A DNA stretch of 64,000 nt, taken from Podarcis muralis (lineage: Eukaryota). The stretch lies in contig NC_135668.1 in the NCBI RefSeq assembly GCF_964188315.1, positions 3,782,001 to 3,846,000 on the forward strand, read 5' to 3'. A program made the position numbers and the translations under genes. The notes below the pieces were generated by a model that was given only the letters and a program-made list of their open reading frames with translations, ran no database searches and was not told the origin of the DNA. Each line of letters opens with the position of its first letter. Within the stretch, counting starts at the first letter, position 1. This document shows positions 39,490 through 50,944 of this stretch, in pieces.

Positions 39490-39623
39490 NNNNNNNNNNN
39501 NNNNNNNNNNNNNNNNNNNNNNNNNNNNNNNNNNNNNNNNNNNNNNNNNNNNNNNNNNNNNNNNNNNNNNNNNNNNNNNNNNNNNNNNNNNNNNNNNNNN
39601 NNNNNNNNNNNNNNNNNNNNNNN
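39490..39623. other. Assembly gap (134 N)
   Basis: Run of N. Confidence 1.
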
Positions 39624-39946
39624 CAGACACTCTGGAAGGGATACACACCAGTCTGTGACAGCAAAGATTTATTCATAATACCATGATTTATTGCCAACAC
39701 TTACACATTTCCACGTATCATTACACTTTGCAATATTCTAGTAATTGCCAATTAGGAATCAGAGAATTGGTCTCCCTTGGCCGCCCCCACCCCCCATACT
39801 CTCTCATTCTTTTGCATTTTGTAAACTGAACTCACTGAATTTATTTTTAAAACAAACAAAAATCAAAAACACACACATTCTGACTGTAGAAATCTGGGTT
39901 CTTGCTCTCATAAATTTGGGATTATATAGCAAATAGTTTTTAAGTA

Positions 39947-40291
39947 CAGTGGTGCCCCGCAAGACGAATGCCTCGCAAGACCAAAAACCCGCTAGACGAA
40001 AGGGTTTTCCATTTTTGAGTTGCTTCGCAAGACGATTTTCCCTATGGGCTTGCTTCGCAAGACGGAAACGTCTTGTGAGTCTTGCGATTTTTTTCGCTCC
40101 CCCCCTCTTTTTCTAAGACGCTAAGACACTAATAGCCTTTTAGCCGCTAAGCCGCTAAGCCTTTAATAGCCGCTAAGCCGCTAAACCGCTAATAGCGCTA
40201 ATCCGCTAATAGGGTTGCTTCGCAAGACGAAAAAAACGCTAGACGAAGAGACTCGCGGAACGGATTATTTTCGTCTTGCGAGGCACCACTG
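39947..40291. mobile_element. Tc1/mariner-type MITE (CAGTGGTGCC family) with expanded internal GCCGCTAA repeats
   Basis: TA-CAGTGGTGCCCCGCAAGACG...CGTCTTGCGAGGCACCACTG-TA. Confidence 0.9.
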
Positions 40292-40974
40292 TATTTTACT
40301 CAGAATCCTTGATTCCAGGTGGGTGGAACATCCGTGACTGTTTATTGCTGTGATTCTGGAGCAGTTTGCTTCAGTTTTGAATGGTCTTACTATTTTTACG
40401 AGTATCCTAGCTTTTGTCAGGCATTCAATATGTATTTGTGAAAGGGCTGTGAAGGGTTGTATGCATACAGAGATCTAGGGGTTAGGACTAGGCTATCTGT
40501 CAGAGCCCCTTCACACATGCAAGAAGGCCTGAAGAGGACTCCTGTGGTTCACTATTGTGAGTTTAACCTTTACAAAACAAGACTGCATATTTAAGTAATA
40601 TCTTAATGTTTTGATAGTTAAGATAGCCAAACAAACAAAGTATGCGCTCTTACTTAAGAGCATAAGAAGTGCCTTCCTGGATCAGACCAGAGGCAGTAAC
40701 TGCTCCATCTTCTTCTCACCTTCTCACCCAGCTGAGTGGCTGGTTTATTGTGACACGAATCTCTGTAGGCAATAGCCCGGCTGAAAGTTTCATGCAGCAG
40801 ATGGGCCAGGTGGGTTGCCTATGCATCTCTTATTCTTAATCCCCTTTATCCCGTGGAGCACTATCCATCAAATCAATATCCGTGGGATTGAAACCCCCAA
40901 CTGGAAGAGCATTTCCCCCCTGGCATGATTGTTGCCATAGACCAAATTCCAGGCATGTTTGCAAACCATGCAAA

Positions 40975-40975
<1 letters not shown>

Positions 40976-41012
<37 letters not shown>
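40976..41012. repeat. (ATT)12 microsatellite
   Basis: Direct reading. Confidence 0.95.
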
Positions 41013-42226
41013 GGCCTCCCAAGTGAAATGCAGCAAAAACCAATTTTACTGCAACAGAAGTCTAGTAAGGGCAGTCCTCCTTGCCAGAAGAAATGGAGCA
41101 TGTTTTCAAATACCAAATAAAAAACCCAGTATGAACAGTGAATGTGTAATGCACCAAACTTCTAGAAACTAATTCAATGGTTCCCAATTAGGGGTGCAGC
41201 CCCATCCCTTGCCTCCCCCCAACTATTTTTTTGTCATTTTTGCATGGTAATATCACAAATTTTATGGTCTGTTTTACCACTGTGCGATTTTTCAATATTG
41301 GCAAAAATCAGTTTTGAAATCACACCTCAGTAACAATTTTAACCCGGCAACATGCAGGAATATATCACACAATGATCTCTGCCAGATCTGATCTGCCTTC
41401 CCTCACTGACGTCACTTCAAGGCACTGTAGCACTACCTTCTCCTGGAAAGCAGCAGCAGCAGCAGCCACAATGGATGTGTATCTTCACTGGCTGCCACCA
41501 CTGGCTGCCCAGCTGCCTATCCCCCCCAAAAAACCATGTTGTGGAGGTGACTCCGCTCCCCCCCACCCAAAAATAATCTCTGTGGCTGCTCCTTCCCTCA
41601 TGCCCACACCTGATCTCCAATTTCAGACACTGTGATATAACGGAATATTGCGATGTTTAGCTGCTGGTATATCACAAGGTTGAAAATGTGGTATTGCTCA
41701 GCCCAAGTCTGTTTTTAGTATACCTAAAATCATTTGCTTATTAGGGGCTATCCCACATTTTGTTCAAAAAATTGTTTTGCAGAGGTAACTACCACAGAGT
41801 CAGCAGCGTAGTAAGCTGCTGGGGCACTTGGGGCAGGGCGTGCCGCCCATGGGGACGGGGCAAGCTGGGGCAGCGCTGCTGAGCGGCAGTGTGCATGTAG
41901 CCTCCCTCCAGCAGGAGGGTGCCTGCGGCGAGTGCCATGGTGTGGCAGCTCTGGCCCCTGCAATCACTCGGCTGAGAGGGAGGTGGCGGGTGAACGCAAG
42001 CCCCACACTGCTTTTTTGGGCAGTGTGGTGCCTGCAGACGCCACAGCAACCACATCACCCCCAGGAGAGATGCCGGGGCTCAGGTGTGCTGCAGGTCCAG
42101 CGCTGCTTGCAGGGCCAGCACATGACAGTTGCATCCTTCTCAGCGACCCTCTAGCAGCTGGTGGAGGGACGCAGGAGCTCAGCGCACTAAGAGCCAGCCC
42201 TGGGCCGTGCTGCTTTAGGGAGCGGT

Positions 42227-43516
42227 GTGCCGGGCTCTGGGTGCTTGGACTTGTGCTTCACAGAATCTTCAGGGAAGATTCTGGAGCAGATCATTAAGCA
42301 AACAGTCTGTGAGCACCTAGAAAGGAATGCTGTGATCACCAATAGTCAGCATGGATTTCTGAAAAATAAGTCATGTCAGACTAACCTGATCTCGTTTTTT
42401 GACAGAATTACAAGCCTGGTAGATGAAGGGAACGCAGTGGATGTAGTCTACCTTGATTTCAGCAAGGCATTTGACAAGGTGCCCCATGATATTCTTGTAA
42501 AGAAGCTGGTAAAATGCGGTCTTGACTATGCTACCACTCAGTGGATTTGTAACTGGCTGACTGACCGAACCCAAAGGGTGCTCATCAATGGTTCCTCTTC
42601 ATCCTGGAGAAGAGTGACTAGTGGGGTGCCACAGGGTTCTGTCTTGGGCCCGGTCTTATTCAACATCTTTATCAACGACTTGGATGATGGACTCAAGGGC
42701 ATCCTGATCAAATTTGCAGATGACACCAAACTGGGAGGGGTGGCTAACACCCCAGAGGACAGGATCACACTTCAAAACGACCTTGACAGATTAGAGAACT
42801 GGGCCAAAACAAACAAGATGAATTTTAACAGGGAGAAATGTAAAGTATTGCACTTGGGCAAAAAAAATGAGAGGCACAAATACAAGATGGGTGACACCTG
42901 GCTTGAGAGCAGTACATGTGAAAAGGATCTAGGAGTCTTGGTTGACCACAAACTTGACATGAGCCAACAGTGTGACGCGGCAGCTAAAAAAGCCAATGCA
43001 ATTCTGGGCCTCATCAATAGGAGTATAGCATCTAGATCAAGGGAAGTAATAGTGCCACTGTATTCTGCTCTGGTCAGACCTCACCTGGAGTACTGTGTCC
43101 AGTTCTGGGCACCACAGTTCAAGAAGGACACTGACAAACTGGAACGTGTCCAGAGGAGGGCAACCAGAATGGTCAAAGGCCTGGAAATGATGCCTTATGA
43201 GGAACGGCTAAGGGAGCTGGGCATGTTTAGCCTGGAGAAGAGGAGGTTAAGGGGTGATATGATAGCCATGTTCAAATATATAAAAGGATGTCACATAGAG
43301 GAGGGAGAAAGGCTGTTTTCTGCTGCTCCAGAGAAGCGGACACGGAGCAATGGATCCAAACTACAAGAAAGAAGATTCCACCTAAACATTAGGAAGAACT
43401 TCCTGACAGTAAGAGCTGTTCGAGAGTGGAATTTGCTGCCAAGGAGTGTGGTGGAGTCTCCTTCTTTGGAGGTCTTTAAGCAGAGGCTTGACAACCATAT
43501 GTCAGGAGTGCTCTGA
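42227..43516 (+). pseudogene. CR1 ORF2 reverse transcriptase C-terminal fragment (uninterrupted, 5'-truncated)
   Basis: Motifs [44 protein letters not shown]. The first 12-14 codons are flanking non-CR1 sequence and the endonuclease domain is absent. Confidence 0.93.
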
Positions 43517-43603
43517 TGGTGTTTCCTGCTTGGCAGGGGGTTGGACTCGATGGCCCTTGTGGTCTCTTCCAACTCTATGATTCTATGATTCTATGATTCT
43601 ATG
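42270..43603 (+). mobile_element. Young 5'-truncated CR1 LINE (antisense to RORA)
   Basis: RT-domain ORF followed by 3' UTR GGGGGTTGGACTCGATGGCC...CTTCCAACTCTATG and (ATTCTATG)n tail. Confidence 0.97.
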
Positions 43604-44399
43604 ACTTTGGGCTCCAGTGTGCTGCCCCCAGGATAAGTGCCGCCCAGGGTGCCCCGCCCCCTAGCTACGCTAGGGCATAGAGTTATCAAAATTTTCAAAA
43701 GTAGGGGGTCCATAGCTTGGCTTTTGAAAAATAGGGGGTCCTCAGTAATTCACTAATTGGGAAACACTGATCTAACCTATGTAGCCAGGACCTGATAGAC
43801 TTGCTGTGATTGACATGGTGAATAACAAGCCCCCCCACACACCCCACATACAATCCTGCACATATATAATGCACTAGACCACGGGAAGCATTAAGGTCTG
43901 TGGAAGTCTTGCCAGGGGAAGGCTGGAGCAGGGAAGCAACAGCGCTGTGATAACAGGGGACTCCTGTTCAGAAAGAAGTTTCAGGAGAGCAGTGAGGGAA
44001 CAGACTAGCCCAGGTGGTGAAGCTGCTGGGAAATCAGGAATCAAGGAAGAGGCAGAGGGCCTTACTCCACAGCACATTAATGATGGGATTAGTCAGTTTT
44101 TTTTTTATTTGTTACCATTGGCCATCACAATATAAATCACAAACAGAAAGGCAGTCCAAGAGTATATTAAACATAAATTTTTAGAGCTGCAAATTGCATT
44201 TAAAATGGCAAAGCTCCCCAAATCATTTAGACTTTTAAATAAACCCTTGGCAGTGAACACTTTTAGTCTTATGAGGTCAAAATAAGTAGCACATAATCTT
44301 CTTGCTGCTCATGCACATAAAGCTGCCCTATAGGTAGCTAGATCTACATCAGTCCCAAATCATCTCATTTTGAAATCATCTGACTGACTTAGAAAACTT

Positions 44400-44760
44400 T
44401 GTAACTTTGAAATGAATAGTGAAATCTGTCCTTAGGTGAACTGTATAAAAGGCAGTACAGGATATGCAATTTTTTTGATGTGGCTTGATCAGCATACGTA
44501 TCTTCTGGTCATCTTCTGGTCTGTTAAAGAATTTACTAGTCAGATATTTAAATTCCAAGCTGAGTAAAACACATGTCTAACAGGAAGAAAAGTTCTTTCC
44601 AGCAGATAAGCAGCCCTTTTGTGGCTGCATTTAATTTTAATATGCCAGTTTAATTTTAATTGACTTCAAATATATGCAGACTTTTAAAGTCCATTTCGGC
44701 ATCTTCAGCAAAAATTGCATTACTGATCTTCAAGTCATCAATGTCCTAAGATGACCTTAC
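44400..44760 (-). mobile_element. Possible very old LINE RT remnant
   Basis: Minus frames give KISNAIFAEDA (YADD-like) followed by EFKYLT (FKYLG-like) in the expected order; weak. Confidence 0.3.
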
Positions 44761-45649
44761 AGGGGGAACTGCATAACTCAATATCAAACTGCTACAACAT
44801 GCGCAGTCTTCTCTATGCTACTGTTCTAAATGTGATTAGCAACCATGTTATGGTTTAAAACAATTAAATACCAGGTGTGGAGGTGGGAGAGCAATCGCAG
44901 CACAACAGGGAATTTGGAGCCTTCCCTCTCAGTGAAAATCCCCCTATCCAGCAGCAATTAGCATTAAAACAAGCCTTCCACTGATCAGATAAAGGCAGCG
45001 GCAGTCTGGAAGTGGCGGAAACCGTGAAGCTTACCATCCTTTGGCAGAAGAACCTTTCCCTGCCATAATGCCTAAAAATTTGCACAGGAACGCACCAAAA
45101 GCAGCAGAAGAGAATCAGACAGGAGGATGTACAACATTTTAAACAAACAAAATCTGGGTTCTCATTGTGTAAGCTGCAGTTAATTTTGTAAATTGAGCTG
45201 CAAATTTGTTTTATTCGCCTCTGCTGGAAAATATATATTTAATGTGTGTTTTTGGTGTTTTTAATTGTAATCATGCATTTTAATATTGTATTTCATCTCA
45301 TTTTGTAAGCTGTCCAAGGAATGTGTGTTGAAGGATGGCCGTACAAGTAGTAATAAAGTATTTTATTTTATTTTTTTAAGTCAAAGATATGACTGGGAGA
45401 AACCTTGTTATGTTGAGTTTGCATTTTGCACAATTTGTATACGGTGTCTGTTTGATAATGTGTGGTTTGCTATGCCTAATAAAGGATCTTGATTGATTGA
45501 GGGTTTTTTAAAAAAGGTACTACAAGGAGCAACAAAAGCACTGAAGGTCTTTACACATTTTGAGCAAATTTGTCAATGAAGAAACCTGCCAATTCAAAAA
45601 TTATTTTCCCTATGGAATGTGAATTTGACCCGGCAGGGCCCCCCTGAGA

Positions 45650-46060
45650 TACAGTTTCGTAGGCCGGTGGAAATCACGGACAGACTGTAAGAATGTTGTT
45701 TACGGAAGTGTGGAAATGGCGGCTGTCCTTTACGTGATATGGTTCCTGGAGAGTGTAAAATCCACACAGGACATGTTTGTTTTCAACCCTTGTGAAGATT
45801 ATCAGAGATCTCAAAGAAAGGAATATATGATTACAACAAGAAGATGAGGAAAATAATAAGGAGACTATCTGGACGGAACTGGATAGAACTGTGAAATTAA
45901 AGCAGCAGCAAGAGCGATGTTTGGTTCCCTTTTGGAGCACGAAGTATGGGTACCCCCAATAAAATTTTAAAAAATTTGGCTGTATAATTTGGAACTAATG
46001 TGATTTGGAATTAATGTGATTTGATTGGCCTGTTAATAAAAATTATTTATAAAAAAATAT
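45650..46060 (+). mobile_element. Possible L1-type LINE 3' end
   Basis: Ends TAATAAAAATTATTTATAAAAAAA after an AT/GT-rich tract; family assignment by appearance only. Confidence 0.35.
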
Positions 46061-46357
46061 ATCAAAAATTATTTTCCCATGGTTATTACTGTTAGAAGAG
46101 CAATTAACTCGTATCACTTTGGGAAGCAGAATGGCTTCAATAAATCTTTAGTTATTGCAGGAATATGAGATGGATTGTGGAAAGTGAAGGCTATGTGGAC
46201 TTAGGAATATGATTGAACTGCTCTCCACTGGTCATGAAAGTGTCAGCCAAACAAGCCCGAAGAAGATATTCCATAAACAAGACCACCACTGAAGGTCCCT
46301 GGGAATGCGGAGGTGCCCTGAGAAGGATCTCCGCCCTAGATCTTGCTTCTGGGGCAT

Positions 46358-46580
46358 ATTCATAGAATATAATCATAGAATTGTAGAGTTGGAAGGGACC
46401 CCAAGGGTCATCTAGTCAAACTCCCTGCAATGCCTCTGCTTAAAAACCTCCAATGAAGGAGAGCTCAGCGCCTTCCGAAGGAGTCCGTTGCATTGCCAAA
46501 CAGCTCTTACTGTCAGAAAGTTCTTCTTTCCTGTAACTTGAATCCATTGGTTCAAGTCCTGCCCTCCACAGTGGGAGAAA
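46358..46580 (-). mobile_element. CR1 LINE 3' fragment
   Basis: TCATAGAATTGTAGAGTTGGAAGGGACC... and AAAACCTCCAATGAAGGAGA...CAGCTCTTACTGTCAGAAAGTTCTT mirror the 3' end of the CR1 at 43603. Confidence 0.85.
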
Positions 46581-47270
46581 ACAAGCTTCATAGACTTTCA
46601 AGTACCCAGGGCTCAAACACATGTAGGGTAGTAAATATTGTACCCATGTTTTTTACCAAACAGACCACAACTGCAGGGTTGCATGCCTTCTTGAAAGCGG
46701 TTCCAGACCTAGATTACCAGAAACCTGTCTGGAGCAAAGGGGAGGTGGGTGCCCCCAAATCTTAAAGCTCCCTTATGTGCATGCATTTTTTCTCCCTAAG
46801 ATACAAATTGTAGATATGTACAATCGTACTTAAAACGGGTCCTGCATAGGCTTCAACTGAGAGTTTTGCTTCTGTGCAAAGGCTTAATAGTAGTAAAAGC
46901 AGGAGGGGGGGGAGGAATCTTCATAGGAAAGCTCCTGAATTTGTATTTGGCTCTGTGCTCTCCATATCCTTTTTATAAAGGAAGAAATACAGTTATGGTC
47001 AGTACTGTTTGCATAGTTTTTAAGAAGCGAAACTCACAGGACCAACTTTTATTGAAATCTCTCCCTGGAGAGAGCACAAGATGGAAAAATCACAACACTG
47101 TAGGAAAACATGAGCCAGTGAAGCCCCCAAAAGAAGTTAGAATTTTGAGACCCAGTTTAGGTTAAAAGAGAGGCTATATAAGAGCCTCTCTATACATCCT
47201 TTTTATTGCAGATTCATAATCGTCTGTGCTCATTGTGATGCTGTTGAGGCGGCCATATATAATTCTGATT

Positions 47271-47715
47271 TCATAGAATGATAGAATCATAGAACTGGAA
47301 GGGGTCATGAGTCTCTTCCCACCAGGTTTCAGTAATGCCTACCAGGTCATATTTGCCATCCTGTATTAAAAGCTCCAACTCATCTTCTTTGTTTCCCATA
47401 TCCTGTGCATTTGTGCAGAGACAACTGAAACCATGAGTTGTTCCCTCCAGTTGCTTCCCTCTTGTAGTTTCCTGCCCTTTAGTAGGTTTCTGGAGCACCA
47501 CCTCAGTTTCCTGTGTATCAATGAAGTTATCCTGCATACCAGGTGCTCTTTTGTCATCTGTAATGTTGTCTCCCTCCCCCTCAAGATCTAGTTTAAAGCT
47601 CTCCTGATCAGATTCTCAAGACTCTTGGCAAACACATTCTTGCCAACTGCTGTGAGGTGCCAGAAGTCCTTCCTCAAGGAAACAAGAGGCCATGATCTAA
47701 GACACCAAAACTTTC
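47271..47715 (-). mobile_element. Internally deleted CR1: ORF1 end plus ORF2 endonuclease start fused directly to the 3' tail
   Basis: HLTAVGKNVFAKSLENLIRRALN* (ORF1 C-terminus), CLCTNAQDMGNKEDELELLIQDGKYDLVGITETWWEETHD (APE N-terminus), then CCCTTCCAGTTCTATGATTCTATCATTCTATGA tail. Confidence 0.85.
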
Positions 47716-48226
47716 CTTTTCATTACTGTTTGTGCCTGCATAAGTTTTGGGGCAGTCACACCGCCTAATTTCCAGTCAGTGACTATCCGATAACTTCCTG
47801 CTGAAATCCAATTTATTTATTTTTCCTGGTTTTGTTGTAATTTAGGCCCTCCAGACAGCAATGCTGTGGTAGCAGTGGGGAAGCCTCACAGAACAAAGAG
47901 AACAAATCCGCCACTAATGGACTATTATTGTGACAGGAATATGCTACAGAATATACCCACAAGAAAGCATCAGTCTAGAGCGACCCTAAGTTCCTAAACA
48001 GGTACCTATTTGGGTCTTTAAAGCTATAAGAGCAGTGTGAATTTAGACAAGTGTCCTTTAGTGGAGAAAAACACAACAATGCTTAAAAATTTGTCTATGG
48101 TGGTTTATTGATAATTAGTGTCAACTAGCAAACATGTAATCTTGCAAAAAGACACGTTTCCAAGTCAAAGATTGAACACACTTTTTGACTCTCATATATA
48201 ACTTTTTAAATATATATAAAGCTTAC

Positions 48227-48312
48227 CTTACAGCCCTCACAGGTAATGACACCATAATGGATTCCTGATGATTTGTCTCCACAGATCTTGCATGGAATAA
48301 TTTCAATTTGAG
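48227..48312 (-). CDS. RORA: RORA coding exon (first zinc finger; first exon common to all isoforms)
   Basis: (S/A)[28 protein letters not shown] with NR P-box CEGCK; TTGCAG / GTAAGC; 86 nt. Confidence 0.98.
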
Positions 48313-48663
48313 CTGCAACAAAAGCACACAACCAGTTAATTATATTTTCTTTTAAACACCTTAGAAAAGCATTCCCTGATCAGCATTTGTACAATGAAAA
48401 CTAATAACCTGCTCAACATTCTACCACATTAACTATTCATTGCTGAACTGTGAGGGTCCCCCTAGGGCCTTGTACTAATTTATGGTTACTTGTTATATAA
48501 TAGCTTTCAGGTTATTAAAATGGGTCATTTGAGAAAGTACTTAAAAACTCACAACGTCAGATTTAGCGTTTTAAAACCAAGAGGCATTGGACCCAAGAGT
48601 TTCTGCTTTGGCCAAATTTAAAAAATGCATGTCATCACATGGCAAGATTCTGCATACAGCATA

Positions 48664-49705
48664 AACCAGTTGTCAGCTGGCACCCGCCTGTCTTGGGAGA
48701 TAGTGGAGGAGTGCGTCGTCAAAGGTGAAGTCAAGCTGTTGGTAGGTTGCAGCGTCTGCTGTGGCTGTAGAGGCTGACATGAGAGAGACATGCTATGCTG
48801 CAGCGGAAGCAGATTAAGGCATCCAGTTCTGCTGCTGCAGATGCACCATGCCTTTCTCTCTGTGTGTGCTCCTCCCAGCGGTCATTTCTTCTCTATTCAT
48901 TGCCATGGACTTGGCTACCTGTCTCCAGGCACTGAGATCATCTGCAAGGGATTCCCACATGGCAGGATTGACGTTGCCAGCCTTCATGTCACATTTGCAG
49001 ACATCTTTGTAACACAGAGTTGGCCTGCTGCCAGTAGCCAGCTCCCCGCAGAGCACATCCTTGGGGATCCTGTCATCTTCCATTCTGTGGACATGACCAA
49101 GCCAGCGTAGACGTCACTGAGACAGGAGTGCAAACCTGCTAGGGATGTGGGCTTGGGAGAGCACATCTCTGCCTGGAATTCTGTCCTGCCATGTGATACC
49201 CCAAATCCTCCTGATGCAGTGAATGTGGAAGGTGTTGGTTGTAAGTTGCCCACAACTCATTTCCATAAAGTAGCATGCTTAACAAGCAAGTCTGGTAGAC
49301 CTTCATCTCAGTATTGGACATTAGCATCACATTCCCCCATACCCTTTTGGTGAGGAAAGCCATTGCCATAGCTGCCTTGCCAATACACTTGTCCAGCTCA
49401 GTGTTGATGACAAGATTGCTGGTTATGGTGGAACTCAGACAGTCAAAATTGTCTACCACTTCAAGTGTGTGCTCATCAAAGCTGATGTGTGGGGTGCTGG
49501 TGACATCCTGGTCTTCATCAGACTGCAGGTAAGTCCGAACTCCCTGCAGGCTTGGGCAAAACAGTTGATGGGTCTCTGTAGAGCTTCTTCAGAGTATGCT
49601 GTCAAGGCAGTGTCATCTGCAAACAACATCTCTCGGATAAAGATCCACCACACTTTTGCCTTGGCATGGAGATGTGCAGGTTGAACAGAACACCATCTCT
49701 CCTTG
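48664..49705 (-). mobile_element. Degenerate RTE-clade LINE 3' fragment
   Basis: Frameshifted pieces IREMLFADDTAL, ELDKCIGKAAMAM...LLYGNELW, MEDDRIPKDVLCGEL...YKDVCKCDMK. Confidence 0.9.
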
Positions 49706-50451
49706 TATGGATGTATAAAGTAATCTATTGCAAGGCAATTCCTGACACATTTAAAACATGCATGTTCATTCTTTCGCGAAAAATTAAGATGCAAAAGTAA
49801 TTGCCTAGTTATGGTCACCACAACAATATGTCTAGGCATGTTTTCCCCCTACAAGATTACAAATCAAATGATGACAAGATGAGGGAGCAGACGCACACTG
49901 ACAGGGCAGGGGTGGGTGCATGCGCAGCGTCAAAATAGCTCCTCCCAACGTCTCCAGTGGAGGGTGGGTGGTGATCAACTAGAATTCTTTGCAGGATCTA
50001 CTCGTCGATCGGGACTGACGTGTTGGACATGTCTGCTTTTAAGAGATGTGGTGACAAGAATTGGACACAGTATTCCAAGTGGAGCTGCACCATAGACTTG
50101 TATAAGGCCTTTATGATATTTCCAGTTCCAGTTCCAGTCATTTTCCACAACCTGGGTCAACTTCTTAATTGAGCTATCCACTGGGACCCTCAGCTGGGTC
50201 AGCCACCACCAGCTCAGACCTCATTAGCATATATGTAATGTCAGGATATTTTGCCCCAGCATGCATCATTTTACACTTGTTAACACCGAATCAGATTTAT
50301 CATTTTAATACTCATTCACCCAGTTTGGAGCACCCCACAGCCACTTTTAGTTAAAAACTACCACAGACAACTTGGTGTCATCAGCAGACTTTGCTAACTC
50401 ATCTCCCAGAAAGGCTAGACTTGGGTTCAGAAAGCAGACAACACACTAGGG

Positions 50452-50944
50452 CAGGGGTCTGCAACCCGCGGCTCCGGAGTCGCATGTGGCTCTTTTACAC
50501 CTTTGCCGCGGCTCCAGGGTGGATACTAGCGAGGGGAGGAGGCGCATTGTGCAACCCGACACTCCCCACTGTGGCGGGCGCTGTACTGGCTGTGACGTCG
50601 CATGGGGGCGGTGCATGCGCTAGTCACACACCGTCACGACGTCACCTTCCCACCCGCCCGCTACATTGTAAGGGGCATGTACGCTGGTCACTGCATTGAA
50701 AGGGGGCATGTACGCTGGTCACTGTTTTGAAGGGGAGTGAAGAACACACACTCAAAAAAAGGTAACTTGTTAATTTAACGTTTATTTCTATGAGGAGGAG
50801 TAATTCTGAGGGGTCAAACAAATAAATAATAAAAAAGTGACAAAAAAGTTATTTTTATAATGATGAGTTTTGCGGCTCCCAGTTTTTTTTTCTTCGGAAA
50901 TGGGTCCAAGTGGCTCTTTTTGTCTTAAAGGTTGCAGACCCCTG
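50452..50944. mobile_element. Young hAT MITE
   Basis: Perfect 15-bp TIR CAGGGGTCTGCAACC and perfect 8-bp TSD CACTAGGG (50444-50451 / 50945-50952). Confidence 0.95.

Larger units (their letters stand above)
41806..43670. mobile_element. GC-rich non-autonomous element interrupted by the CR1 insertion
   Basis: GC-rich blocks at 41806-42260 and 43604-43670 flank the CR1; short terminal inverted GCGTAG...CTACGC. Confidence 0.4.

Noticed and set aside
39425-39700. ORFs containing X runs
   Set aside because: Artefacts of the N gap
41800-42260. GC-rich block as an internal CpG-island promoter or coding exon
   Set aside because: Continues on the other side of the CR1 with short inverted ends; better explained as a non-autonomous TE
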